DNA of 64,000 bases from the NCBI GenBank assembly GCA_029953675.1, contig JAMWBK010000006.1, positions 1,860,001-1,924,000 on the forward strand, read 5' to 3'. The notes under the pieces are model-generated. The model ran no database searches, was not told where the DNA came from, and saw only the letters and a program-made list of their open reading frames with translations. The position numbers and the translations under genes are program-made. The stretch is from Rhodosorus marinus CCMP1338 (Eukaryota; Plantae; Rhodophyta). Positions 24,311-36,510 of this stretch are shown here, piece by piece (within the stretch, counting starts at the first letter, position 1; every line of letters starts with the position of its first letter).

Positions 24311-25707
24311 TTTGAGAACGTAATTCGAAACATTTTTTTCGATAAATTTTGAGTTATTTCAGATCTACCCCCCCCCCCCACGACGCCAAACTCAGTTGGC
24401 TAATGAGTTGTTTTTATGATTGGAGATAGATTGGTGGTATATTTTACAACCCTATGGTTTTTATTATTTTTGGCCAGGTTTTTTGTTTATTTTAGGACGA
24501 AGACGAATGGTGGAATATTTCATGGAAAAGATTAGAGTTCATTTATTCAGTCCTCTTCCAATCTCGACTTACAAAAAACTTTGAAAAACGACAATTTGAA
24601 TCACTAAGAGTTTGGACTATGCAGCAAACGTGGACAGGGAGGTCGAGCCCCGGGGGGGGAGCGGGAAAAGCAATCGATGTGGTTAGAAAGAGACTTTAAC
24701 AGGACTGAAAAAGAACCCCAACATTCGGAGAAAATCGCTGTTTACTGAACTTAAAAAATAGTTTGCTGAGTTTTTCATGTCCACAAGAAAGTTGAGGGGT
24801 TGAAAGAGAACAAGAAAGATCTGGGATGGCCTTGAAACAGTTTTTGATTTTTCAACACTTTCTTCTGGAGGATCGTTTTGTTGTTTTGGTTGCTTCCTGT
24901 GTGTTTAGTGTAATGGTTCTGTGTTCTGTTCCCAACAGTTTGGATTCACTCGTTAGAATGAATGTTTTATTTTTTTTTTAGTGTATTAACGGAGACTGTA
25001 ACACATGGAAGGGTGTCGTGCCCTTTTGTATCTACTAAGGCTATGGCAGCTCTGATGAGGTTTTTTCATTTCAATAGAGCTGGGTTACAAACAAGAAATA
25101 TAGGAGGGGTCTGTTTAAGCCTCTAGAAGCTCTTCCACAGTGCCAACGCCAAGGGTCCCTGAAGTTTCATATTGCTGAGAAATGATCCATTGTGTGAAAT
25201 GCCTCCCCTCTCTTGGTTTCTCCTGAGATGATTAAGTTCCCTTCTGGTTGTGGTCACTTTAGCATTAGCCTGCTATTTTTTGCTCTGCTTTTCATTCTCT
25301 CCTTTTGGTTTGTATAGTTGTACTTGTTTCCACAGACAATAGTAGTCGTACTCAACCCAGGCGAAAACCAAGAGCTTTGCTTCACCGGGGTAGATTTTGA
25401 CGAGGTCTCGATTGCGTACCATCGAAAACACATGCCTAGTGATATTATCCGTATCCGTAGTGATTGGATTTGGGAAACAGGCTTCTGATTTTCCTTGACG
25501 ACTCTTTCAGTTGAGGAGACTCCTGCTCATTAGGCGTATAGAAGTGCGCTAGCTCCCTTAGCCATAAAACCAGAGCGCGCATGGATGCACCGGCACAACC
25601 GACCAGCGCCATAAACCAAGTGCGTTTTATGCCTTGCTGAGAAGGTGGATAGATAGGTTCAAATCGTCGGTGCTCCTAAAAGAGTCTGAATACTGGGGTC
25701 TTTCAAC

Positions 25708-26132
25708 TTATGCGGCAGAGGCCAACTTCGTTGACAGAACGCGAGTGTTCTTGGCGGTATAGTCAACGAATAAGCCGCGTGTACCGGGGACGTGTCGATC
25801 CTTGATGCTCCAGGAAGCTCTGAGAGGAGACGGGAAAGGCACCCACGGGTGTTGCGAGAGCAATGTCAACACCGGGAGCCAAAGATCAAGGTCGGGTTTC
25901 GTTTTCTTCGCAGGGGATGTGCATATTCCAGCTCCACCAGCAGCAGATAAAAATGATTGAAGGTCTCCGGATGTACACCGTCACATGGTACTATCTCTCG
26001 GAATACGGGTGTGTTATTCAAACGCCTGTTTGGGAAGGGAAGGGGGGTTGTGTTAACATATCGTCCCAAGAGCAAATTCTTTCCGTGTGGAAGAATAGGT
26101 CTCCAGCCGAGATGTGAGCCAATAGTGCACAT
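25708..26132 (-). CDS. Hypothetical protein fragment
   Basis: The 88-aa ORF can be spliced in phase (..PTLIFGSR|ASWSIKDRHVPGTRGLFVDYTAKN..*) using a pyrimidine-rich CTCTCAG acceptor. No family recognised. Confidence 0.25.
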
Positions 26133-27728
26133 TTCACAAACCGATAAGAGGCTATCAGATGTCAGACAACAGTACTTGCTTCAACGAAAAAGATAAACGG
26201 CTATTAGGACTCCCTTACATAGCTGGTTGATGTTGGTCGCCATTGAATATGTGAGTTCCCTCCATATTTCAAGGTTGGACATTTCAGGATGATGGATGAG
26301 GTGAATTCAAGATATTTTATCTAGCAGACATATATAGACGGAAATCCCTCACATGATAGTTGCATATACAAACGTTTTTCTCCTCTGAAAAGGAGACCGA
26401 GCTCGGTTTGAATATAGTTGGAACCCGCAGGCATTTAGTTTCGTACGGGTTTCTTGGATTTTCAAAAGTCACAATGTCGAAATTCAGGTAAAAGCTTGGC
26501 ATATACTCGTTAGAAACGGTTGGAGTTTTGTACAAAAGGTTTCCCATCCCTTGCTGCCCTTTTTCTTTTCTCACCTAAATAGCGACACGCTCGGTCTCGG
26601 AGTTTTTGATGTGAAAAGTAGTATTTACGTTTCTGAATTGTCGTCGTCTGCATACAAAACCGGCGGATTACCACCCGCCCTTTTTCCAATCTACAGTGTC
26701 TCACGTTCTCCAAAACAATAGTAGTTTTGCCCGGTACTGCATTCATGGCGAAGTCCAAATCATCAAAAAGAAAGAATTCCTCCCCCTCTCCCCCGACAGT
26801 CGCATTTGAAAATCTTAACATTTTAACCTGGATAATAAAGTGGCTACATCAGTATAATAATGGTCTCAAATTGTTTTTAAGAAGATTGTGAAAGAAAATA
26901 CGTTGCGTCCAAAAAAATTGAGTTTTTGGGTTTTTGTTGTTTTTCTTCGAACGCCGCGCAGGGCGACATGCGCCAACTACGTACTTGAGCACCAAGCAAT
27001 TTTTTTGGTTAGTTGTTCTCGCCTCAAAAAATTTAGTTTTTTTCAATATTTTCAATCTCTCTTCCCCTTCCCCCCTCTCTCTTCCGATTCGCGTCTACCA
27101 GAATATGCACTTATGAAATTTGGATATATATTGACAACCTAGCGACTCAGCCTCGCCTTATCCGGAGCTTTGAGAATTTTATACGCCCTATAATTTTTTG
27201 GTGAATCAAAATCAACACAAAAACAAAGAGAAAACAAATAAATAGTCATAATATTGAATAGTGATAATATTTATCCAGAGGAAAATATTGTCACAAAAAC
27301 ATTTGTGTCAAGTGAAAGAAGACCATGAAAAAGTGATCAAATCCGTGAATGATGGTGAATTATTATGAAGTAATGAGAGTAGGAAGGAATAGCGGTTTTT
27401 TCTGTTGAATTAGGCAGTAAGAGATCCTGTGCGCGAGATACGTAGACTTTCACGTTTTGAACAAATTAGGTCTTTTGGTGGTTTGGGAAGAGTATTAAAA
27501 AGTTTGGCAAGGCCAAGTGAGTTTATGATTCAAATGGGTTGGTTTCGTTGGAAAACGGATGGTCGCGCTGAGGAGCGGTTGTCTTTTTGTGCGGCAGTAA
27601 GACAACAATTTTTGACCCTCTTTCGTTGTTTTTTTTTTATTCGCACCTGAGATATACAGACTCTTGGAGCTGCGCTCTCGCTTGGCTCTCTCTCGTCCCG
27701 CCTCTGTGTTTCAGTGTCGGGATGACGG

Positions 27729-28502
27729 TTGGAAGTTATCGATCCCGACGACGCTTGGCGTGTTCAAAAACGAAGCTTCCTTGAGGTTGAAACGATTCTC
27801 ATTTCGAGTGATAAAAATGGTTTCTTTCGCGACAAGGAGGTCCTGTGTACAATTTTGGTTTTTCCTGGAATCGCATCCGCACTTCTCCGAACACGAACTC
27901 TCTCCGGCTTTGTATTTGGGGTTCGAGAATACACGCGGGGGGAAATTGGGGACAGCAAAGTGCTAGTACCCAGAGTTTCCGAATAGCGCCCTCAGTAGAA
28001 TCAATCCCACCACGTCCGAGGTTGTTGTTTGTCGATTCAAGCCAGCGTTTCTTGTCGGAAATGCTCCGCTCTGCGCCTCATACGTATTCGCTCCGAGTTG
28101 CCATACGCGAGGAAAAAATACAGACTCACTAAGCATTCTTGATCAAGTGTATTTCAATGCAACACGGCGCCACATCTTCAAGGCCCAAGACGAGCTCACA
28201 CTTTTTTTTACGCCAAATTCTTGAGCACAGGAGTAGCATGGTTGGTTGTCCATCGGCATGCCATCATCGTATTTTTGGGACCCTGAAAGCTCAGCAAGAC
28301 TATGATTCACTTCTCCATGGTCACACTCTCCGTAGAAAGCGATTTCCATTATGTTTTGATGTAAAAATATATGGGAAATCCGATCTTTGGAAACGTCTGA
28401 AACTCCATTTTTCGGACCAGTAAGTTTATCGGGCGCTCGTGGCTCGTCTTGGACTTAAACTGGAAGCGCAACCGTAGTGGCAACCGCACACAACGGCACT
28501 AA
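27729..28502 (+). CDS. Hypothetical protein, apparently frameshifted at a T8 homopolymer
   Basis: Path EVIDPDDAW..FFRDKE|(intron 27840-27966)YPEFPNSALSR..KAQDELTLF, then a one-base shift at T8 (28202-28209), LRQILEHR..WKRLKLHFSD, GTAAGT donor near 28420, short last exon ending 28502. Confidence 0.4.
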
Positions 28503-28529
28503 AGGACGCTAGAACAAGTGGAGAATGTG

Positions 28530-30400
28530 AAAGAAGCCAAATTCAACCGCGCAAACTAGCTTCTAAGGGAAAGACACCCGTTGCCGATGAATCGCGTGCC
28601 ATTACATTGACAGCAAACTAGGCATTTCCGCGCCGTTAGCTTACAATTGATTCCTTCCCTCACCGAACCAAAAGCCTTACCTTTGTGCTCATGACGTTGT
28701 GTAACTTCCACAAGAAATTCTGTTGCGCGCCTCCCGACGCTGTCCAAATGCCTCCACAATAGTAGAGGGACAAGTGTGGAATCATTTCGATTGCCCAGCG
28801 TATCTCCATAATGGGCCAGCTTACTACCTTCAGCTCGGGTACTCGCATACCTCGATGGACTAGCAGCACATGACACATTCGTTGGAGCGAATGGGGACGG
28901 GACATCCACGTGAATGACATATTGTGGCTGTCGGTGCGGTGATGTCGGGCCAAGATGTCCGGACGCAGTCGACTTCCAACCCCAAAATTGCTCAGGTTCC
29001 ACGAAATATATCGCGTAATGCTACTCGCGGAGGTAGTTGCGTCTGAAAGCCGAGGCGCGAAGGGCTAGGCGACACTTCAGGTGTACAATAGTGCGTATGA
29101 AGCTCTTCCAAGATGAGCAAAACCCGGCAATGGGCGCAACTGTATAAACTCGTTATTGTGGGTGAGCTAATCCATCGAATTATGGCATCGAGTTGATATA
29201 GTTTGCAAAGGCAGTGCACATCAAAAATTCTCGAATCAGCAGGTCGCGGTTGATTATCATCTTCCAAAGCATTGAATAGCCGGCTCGAACCAGCCGCGGT
29301 TCTCTGCAATATTCGTCATTCTGCGTCAAGCATATGCCATAGCTGGCAAGCGGTATTCCTCTTGTTTCTGGAGCTTGTCTGACCCAGCGAGTGGTAGATG
29401 CCTCGTTCTGTGTCCGTTTTACTGCGTTTCATTTCTTCGGAAAGCTTGAATCTAGCAACCTCTTGGTAAGCGCCTGTACCCAAGATGTGGCCTCATCATA
29501 TGAGCTTCGCAGGAGTGTCTTCGGCCAGTCCTTCACTTTCGTTTCATTGTCTTCGATTCGGTTCGGGGGTCTTGGATGTGCTTGTGCTGAATCCGAAATA
29601 GAGATGCGAGTTCTCGGCTACCCAGAAGCTAGAGAGCTTGAGATTTTGAGCTTGCGAAAATAGTGCCCACTGGGATCCAACATAGAGTCCAAGTATCAGG
29701 CGCCGCAGCTTCGGCTATATGAATTGGACACACCGAATGAACGCATTGAAGGAAACGCTCCCCTGCCGAGTTGCAGCCGGTCCGTAGGTGACAGGCGCGT
29801 GTATTGTCCCGGATACTAGCGGAAGGCGTATTGCTGCGCACGTAAGATTCACGTAAGATTTCTGATCGCTCTGTTGGTTCTATCGTCTCCAGAACATGTC
29901 CCTGTATTCGTGAGGTATTGGCGGGCTTGGATACTAGGGGGTTCTGATCTCATCACACACAAACCGCCACTCCTGTTGAGGCGAGGACGGTAATTGCTTC
30001 AGGGATCAGCAGGCGAAACAGTTGTGAAACAATAGTTTCAGTAAAGCTCAACATCGACAGTTGACGGAGATATGCGAAGCTAATAGTAGTAGCAGCGAGA
30101 TTCTCCAGTCTTTTGGTGAGCGCTCACTGGAGGAAGAACAGATTCACTATCGCGTAGTATGGACTGGCATGTGGCGCGTATCGGTTAGACAGTGAATTTT
30201 GGTCCAGTCGTGAACATCGCATGGTATTCAATCTCTAGCTTACCCCAAGGGATTCCGACGAAAAGTGGCCAATAGTGTATATGTCCGACCGGCACACTAG
30301 GGTTTCACTCTACGAATTCCTAAACAATTGGAGTTCTTTATTAAATTTCTCAATCCAGACTAGCCTTCGATTCGTAGAACCGCCAAACCCGCATTTGCGC
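28530..30400 (-). CDS. One or more orphan multi-exon genes
   Basis: A chain of long minus-strand open frames with canonical donors (GTAAGC near 30243, GTAAGG near 28680) and phase-compatible exons, e.g. RRNPLG|PYYAIVNLFFLH|FAYLRQLSML. No motif recognised. Confidence 0.3.
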
Positions 30401-30574
30401 AGCGCACAATTGAGCGCCTAGTCTGACTTTTGGAGCACCATCCGGAATGCATTGGCTACCAATGGACTTGCTGTCCAGCCAGCAGGTATCCATTGCTTCT
30501 CGGTTCGCGACCGAAACAGGACACGCTTGGCCAGTCTATGATTTCCTATGTACAATACAAGCAACTAATCACAC

Positions 30575-31236
30575 TCATGTCACTACCCTTCCGTGCACGC
30601 GATGATCAACTATGGCATCTGAGCCACTCATATGCTTCTCGGCGCGGCTAAGGAGCTCCAGTGCCTCTTCGACCTATACATAGTCACAAGAACGATAGTT
30701 CTCAGCACAGCCCTCTGCACTTGCAAGTACAATGTTGGAGGACCTACCTTCTGCTTTGCCTCGTTGTATCGTCCTCGGGAAGCAGCTAAGCGTGCATCGT
30801 GGGCAGCCTTCATTTCGAGCAGTTTATCGCGAGCTTGTCGTTTCAGAGCGCATCGTACATTTGCCATAATGAGGTCGGGGTCCTCAGAGGGAAGACCAAC
30901 AACGACGTTCGATCTCGTTGCTCTATCCAGTTGGGCTAGCTTTTGAGGGAGTTTCAACTCCTCTGAGATGAGACTCACATCATGCTGAGAGAAAAATCGA
31001 TGGGTGAGATACCTGCTATACCAAGTGCGACTTTTCACGTTACCTACCTTGATACTCGATGTGAGCAACTGGAGAAAGAGCTGCCTGAGATTCAGCAAAG
31101 CTTTCTTGTCTTCCTCGCTCTGAAAATCCGCGAAACATGCCAAGAAATTTTCTTCCGAACAGCTTTCCAACGTGCTGGAGATGGCCATCTCTACGACCGA
31201 GTTCATTCTCGATTCCCTCGTTTCTTCCATGGTCAT
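30575..31236 (-). CDS. NNF1: Kinetochore MIS12-complex subunit NNF1/PMF1-like
   Basis: SRMNSVVEMAISSTLESCSEENFLACFADF..LLNLRQLFLQLLTSSIK|HDVSLISEELKLPQKLAQLDRAT followed by a coiled coil matches the Nnf1 pattern (F..CF, I..E..L...L..LD). About 175 aa after splicing. Confidence 0.65.
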
Positions 31237-31442
31237 TCACGTGAATCCTTCACCGGCGCAACACGAGACGAAGTACACAGTATTCTCACATCCAAGTCCA
31301 CATAACATCGGTCATCGTGTATCATCACGCGAGTGTATACTGTCGTCTTCCCCTTCACTGAATCAGTTTTCCGTAGCTACTTGGCTTCCCCAACGCAAAA
31401 CCCACAACAACAGCATCCTAGCCGTTACGTTTCAAATAATTT

Positions 31443-31753
31443 TCAAAAAAACCTCACGAGAATAAATGATTGAAGACAATCAAAATAAGACTTCGGTACT
31501 GTTTCAAAATAATCCTCTTTGACACGAAAACGATGTTTCTGCGAAGATTCAGTGTGCGCGACTATTCCTCTCAATAAGCCGAGGAAAAAATCCTTGAAAA
31601 AAAGAAGATTTTGGTCTGCTACTGCCCCTTCTTTATCCACCAGTCTGGTGGACAGGCTGTCACCTAGTTCCTGCGCCAATCACTTCCGGTAGCACCTGAG
31701 CCATCTACGCCATCTGCGGTGGGCTCCAGGTACTCATCCCAAGGAGCCGACAT
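31443..31753 (-). CDS. Small hypothetical protein
   Basis: MSAPWDEYLEPTADGVDGS joins GDSLSTRLVDKEGAVADQNLLFFKDFF.. only through a roughly 32-nt intron or an indel. Confidence 0.25.
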
Positions 31754-33871
31754 CCTTTGGTTTTTAAATTATGCAGATCCTGAAGATTCAACATCATGTA
31801 TTCCGAAAGAACAAACCGGAGAGTAAAAAGGCTAGGAACAATCCGAGGGAACGGCGGCCCATCCCCACTAGGGCGACGTTAGAATGCCACATCGCAAAAG
31901 TCAACGAAGAGAAGAAACGCGAGTGATATCGGGATCGCGGAAACGGCCCCGATCATATCTGTTGAATCGGCGGTCAAGCGTTTACAAATGGATCTCATAA
32001 GGGGCAGAGTTCGGGAACGGTTTTAGCGTAGTCGGAAACGATAGTAAGCTAGGAAGGACATAACTTCGCAGGGAAGAACAGATGCTGACTGCGACCTGAG
32101 TGCAGCGAATGGGGCTCGTCAAGGAGCCTTTCCGAAATTCGCTATCATGCCCGTTCCCATTTGCAACATTTTGGGCGTCCCAGCAAAATCCAAAGTAGTT
32201 GACCTCTTGAAGATCGACGAATTTCTGGAGTGCGCATGTCGCCGTTTAGTGCATTTGGCGATCGCAATTTGTAAGCATACCTCGTTCTCGCTTTTGAAAC
32301 CCGAGAAATTTGTCCTGAGATTTAGTTCCGAGTTTCTTCACAACCCGTTCTTCTTCTTGTAGAAAGTGGACCTACACCGGGAAATCATCCACTTCCGTGC
32401 CAATCTCAGGAGCTCCTGTGTAGTACAAACATGGAGTAGATCGCTAGGAAAAGTTTGCATTTTCAGATGCTTCCGAAGGGTGTGACTCACGGTCTCATAC
32501 CAGTGTGATCCGCGTCTACGGATTCTCTACAATCGCAACGATTTTCCCTGTTAACCCACCAGCAAAGTGGTTTTTCCCTTGGGCTTAGCATCAATCAACT
32601 TTTTGAAGAATTTGATTGATATAGATAGCTTGGTTTTTTATAGACCGATCTTCTTCTTGTTTCGAAAAATGCCGAACAAGAAATCCAATCCAATTCCGCC
32701 CCCAAAAAAATCGCACGGCACTGATGCAGACCTCCCGACCACTTGCATGCAAGTGTTGTTGTTCCATCATTGCAATCGATCAACTTGTAAACTTATGCGG
32801 GTAGGCTGACCGACTAAGGCCCCAATTTTCTATCTGACAGCAGCGTACATCCTAGCGCAAAACTGCGCAAAACTGCACAGCCGCGCATAGATAAGCATTG
32901 CTCAGAAATGTGATTGTCCTGGCACGGCTCTGATGGAGTCTGATACTTCTCTGTACAGTTCAAATCATTGCGGCCTCAACGAATATGCTGAAGTTTGCTA
33001 CTGTGAACGCTTTACCAATTTCGGGTCGGCGGGCTCAAGGATCTCACCTTTGCAATCTGAAGATTTAGCTTTGGTCACGAAGTTTCCCAGCAACGTCGCG
33101 CTTAACCGCTTGGAAGCCACCGGGATTCTGACCAATTGTTCAGCGCCAAATTCTTCAAAACGATGTGGGAAGGTCCCCGTCTTGCTCGTAAATGGCCCTC
33201 GACTGGCTATGCAAAACCCCGCGGAACGGCGAACGAAATAGAGTTGGGCAAGATTGTACAGCGGCGCTTGGAACGGGTCCGTGTCCCTAAAGGACCGCAG
33301 CGCCAATGGTTTTCCTGGTAATGCGAGAAGCTACCGTTGGTGCGAATCCAGCATGTGATGTGTTCAGATGCTCGTGATATTTCATGCAATCATAGAGTAG
33401 AAAAAAACCACATACGGTACTTCATCGTACACGAATTATCAACTCGTCGATTTGGAAGCTGCTGAACTTCAAAGCGCCGCTCAGTCCTTTCGATCAAGAC
33501 AAAGCGCGTTGCCGGCGATAGTTACAGAGCTCTAGGAGAAGTATGTAACATGCGGTCGTTTCTCCCGGTTGCTTTCGACAATCTCATGATCCATGTCGGC
33601 TCGAAGGCTTTTCGGAGTATACACATACGCTATGACAGATACCATGGATTCTATGTGACCATCCGCTTGAGCCAAGCACTGAAACCCGCAATTTCGAACG
33701 GTAGAATAGCCAAAACCTGCGCCTGATTGCAATTTGTTGAGAATTCCATCTTGCAAGATGGTGGCGGCGCATTGGCGCATGTAAGCACCTAGGATCAGAT
33801 CTCAGAACCGGATGCAAATAACAGACATCTCTAGTCGTTCCGGATGAACGGAAGAAAATGGTTTGAATTTT

Positions 33872-33976
33872 TGCGCGGTGGTTTGGCGCGGTGGTTTAAC
33901 ATCTCCGTGGAACTTCCCGGGGCGAAAGCAATCTAATTCCGGGCAAGCTCCAGCAGCCGCGCCAAACCATCGCGCA
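33872..33976. repeat. 20-bp inverted repeat (19/20 match) enclosing a further paired core (long hairpin)
   Basis: tgcgcggtggtttggcgcgg (33872-33891) against ccgcgccaaaccatcgcgca (33957-33976). Inner arms tggaactt/aagctcca and cccgg/ccggg flank a gc-gaaa-gc loop. Confidence 0.85.
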
Positions 33977-36510
33977 TAATCTAAAAAGACGTACCAATTT
34001 TTTCGGAGGGTGCCTTTTCAACAAAATCTATCAAGTATCGTAGCCAGGACCTCTTTCTATTGTACCACGTGCCTGCCACTATTGAATAAAACGCCCTCCA
34101 CCAATAATTCTTCTTCCACCTTGCCGACCCGATAGCTAGTCCATGTACACCTATTAACCACGTAGAAAAACACTGAAGAATAAACATCAATACCTGCTTC
34201 CATAGGGAGCTCCTGAAGCCGACAACGCAAACCTCGACTTTTCAGCTTCAGTCGTTACAGTCTGCTAAGAAGCCCCCACCTCCATATTCCCGCCGTCAGT
34301 TCATACCCCCAAAACACTCGTAAAAACAAATAATTCCGAAAGAGATGGAATCCGAGTTGGCGCTACGAAACTCTCTGGGCAGGGACCCAACCCCCTTTTT
34401 GTTTTTCATTGTGCGCCTGATGGATTGAAAAGGGGCCTAAAAATATTTGCAAGAGGAATAGCCCGGGGGGCCTTATGCAGTTTCCAAATTGATTTAGGAT
34501 TGCATCAATATTGGTTTTCTGAGGTCATCTAAGATATAATCACAAGATATGATTTTGCGAAACGACGCGCGTTCTGTTCTTTCATTGGATGAAAAAAAAT
34601 TCTCCCAACCACCCCGAAACAACTCGAGGTGGAATTGCCTTTTCGTAGAACTGATTGACTAGAACACGTGGACCTGGAGGGTGCCATCGTTTGGTTACTG
34701 CTTTTCAATCCGGCAGAAAAAGTAGAACAATTGCATATCTTAACGTTTCCGAAACCAAACCAACTGCTCTTTAGTCACCCTTTGGAAGAGTTTGAAAATT
34801 GACTCGACATCACTGGTGTTCTCCTCGACCCCTGGGTCTCAGTCCTCGGTGTAGGGCACGCACTGGAGAAATTGTTCAGCCATACGTTTACTATGAACAT
34901 TAAATCCTGATTAATTGTGGCAAAAATCTGCCAATTAGCCAACGACAGGGTTGCAATTTCGCTCGCAATATCTCCCCACCGGATCATCTGGAACGGCGTA
35001 TTCGCTCTATAGTCAACACGGGAGGCGTTAGCTACACCCAAAAAATCTAAGACTCTTTTCGATGATTAGAATTTATTACTGAAATAGAAGAACTTGCTTT
35101 CGTGACCCCTCGCAAAAGAAAACAAAACCATCGCCACGATGGAAATATATCGACGGGTAAGAACCCCAGGTTTGAGTTCAATCGTCGCTTCCTCTTTGTA
35201 CCCCTAGCTAGGTTCAAGTCAACACGCCAAAGAAGTTCAACCCCTAGGAGAAAACTACCTTGCGGTTCTTCACCGATGCACGAGCAAATTACCATCCTTT
35301 GTTTACGAACATTTTATTCATTATCTCAATAATATTGGTTAATTTTACTTCTAGAGTAGTCAGCGCAGATGGTAGTCTTCTCGCTGTAGAAATACCAAGT
35401 GGTATGGCCAGTTCGTGCATTGACCATGCCAGTCCTAGGCCCTGAGGGTAGATATTCTTGAACATTATCCTATCAAAATAAATGAATTGTATAGGGGGTT
35501 AATGAGTACCCCTCGAAATAGGATTTTATTAAAAACATCCGAGAGAGTACTTTCGAGCAATTTTGGAACCCCGGCATGAGTGAGAGTTTCCCCCCTCCTC
35601 TGGCCGAGTATTTTTATCAATCTCTTCCTCCGTTGCCAGAATGAGAGACTTGCGAGGGGGGTTAGGGAAGTCTAGTTTCGACCTCCGACCAACTAGAAAC
35701 ACCAAGTACAAGTCACGCAGAGGTCGTATAGGTAAGTTGGTGGCGGATTCCCAACAACGAGCAGCGTGCGATGTCTTTCGCTCCAGTCTTCCAAGGGGGG
35801 GGGGGGAGGGGAGAGATAGCTGTAAGCGTGATGATTGTGTAGAATTTTTGTTGTCGAAAGAACGAGGTGAACTAAATCTTTAGATTTTTTCGCATAAGAA
35901 GATCTTTTTCTTTTTTCATATGGGGCTTACGACTTGAGAAACCCCGCGAGGTGGAATCTGGGTTTTTTGAGAAGAAACTCGTTTTTTCCTACCCGGGGGG
36001 GGTGTGAGGACAGGGAGGGAGGGGGGAGGTTGTTCTTTAAGTACACAATTAGTTTCCTTCCCAAACGACAATCTGCTTTTGCGGGGAACTGCTTTTTTTT
36101 TTGGGTTGGCTTGTTTTTCGTTTCCTTTTGAGAGCTGACAGGTTGTTTGGATAGAACCAGTGAAGCCGGGTGGGGCTGGGCGGAGTGGTGGGACTTTTGG
36201 GGAGAGGCAAGGAAGGGATGGCCTTCTTTCGTACACAGTTTTCGTGAAGTCATGCACGGTTAGGACTTAGAACGCAGGGGAAATTGGTGGTCTCTTTGAC
36301 GCTTGCAACTGCGTTTTTGGTTCTGGTATTTGCCTCTGCTGGGACTGAGCAAATGGCTTGAACTGGAGCTTTTACAGAACGCAGAAGAGAGAACGCGTCC
36401 TGTGTAAGCGGGGAAGGGGTCGGAGGGCCCAGGTTAAAGGTCAGAGCTTTGGTTCAGGTTGATCATTAGCTTTTTCGCCATTGAGTGATTTTTGGGAGGT
36501 TGGAGAAGAA

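Noticed and set aside
25047-25082. Hammerhead ribozyme (CTGATGA inside cagctct/agagctg inverted arms)
   Set aside because: No stem II followed by GAAA and no stem III/cleavage triplet.
29457-29486. ILGTGAYQEV kinase glycine-loop look-alike
   Set aside because: Preceded by in-frame stops, with no VAxK, HRD or DFG motifs downstream.
31823-31832. U5 snRNA loop-1-like GCCTTTTTAC on the minus strand
   Set aside because: Five rather than four U, no flanking stem and no Sm site evident.
31925-31959. Small GAAA-tetraloop hairpin, SRP helix-8 candidate
   Set aside because: Lacks the conserved SRP symmetric-loop bases (CAGG/AGCA); short enough to arise by chance.
27400-35750. Fanzor/TnpB, transposase, reverse transcriptase or integrase in the orphan block
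   Set aside because: I read the frames for RuvC (DxG, E, DxNAAxN) with CxxC fingers, YxDD and DDE motifs and found none convincingly. A profile search could still overturn this.
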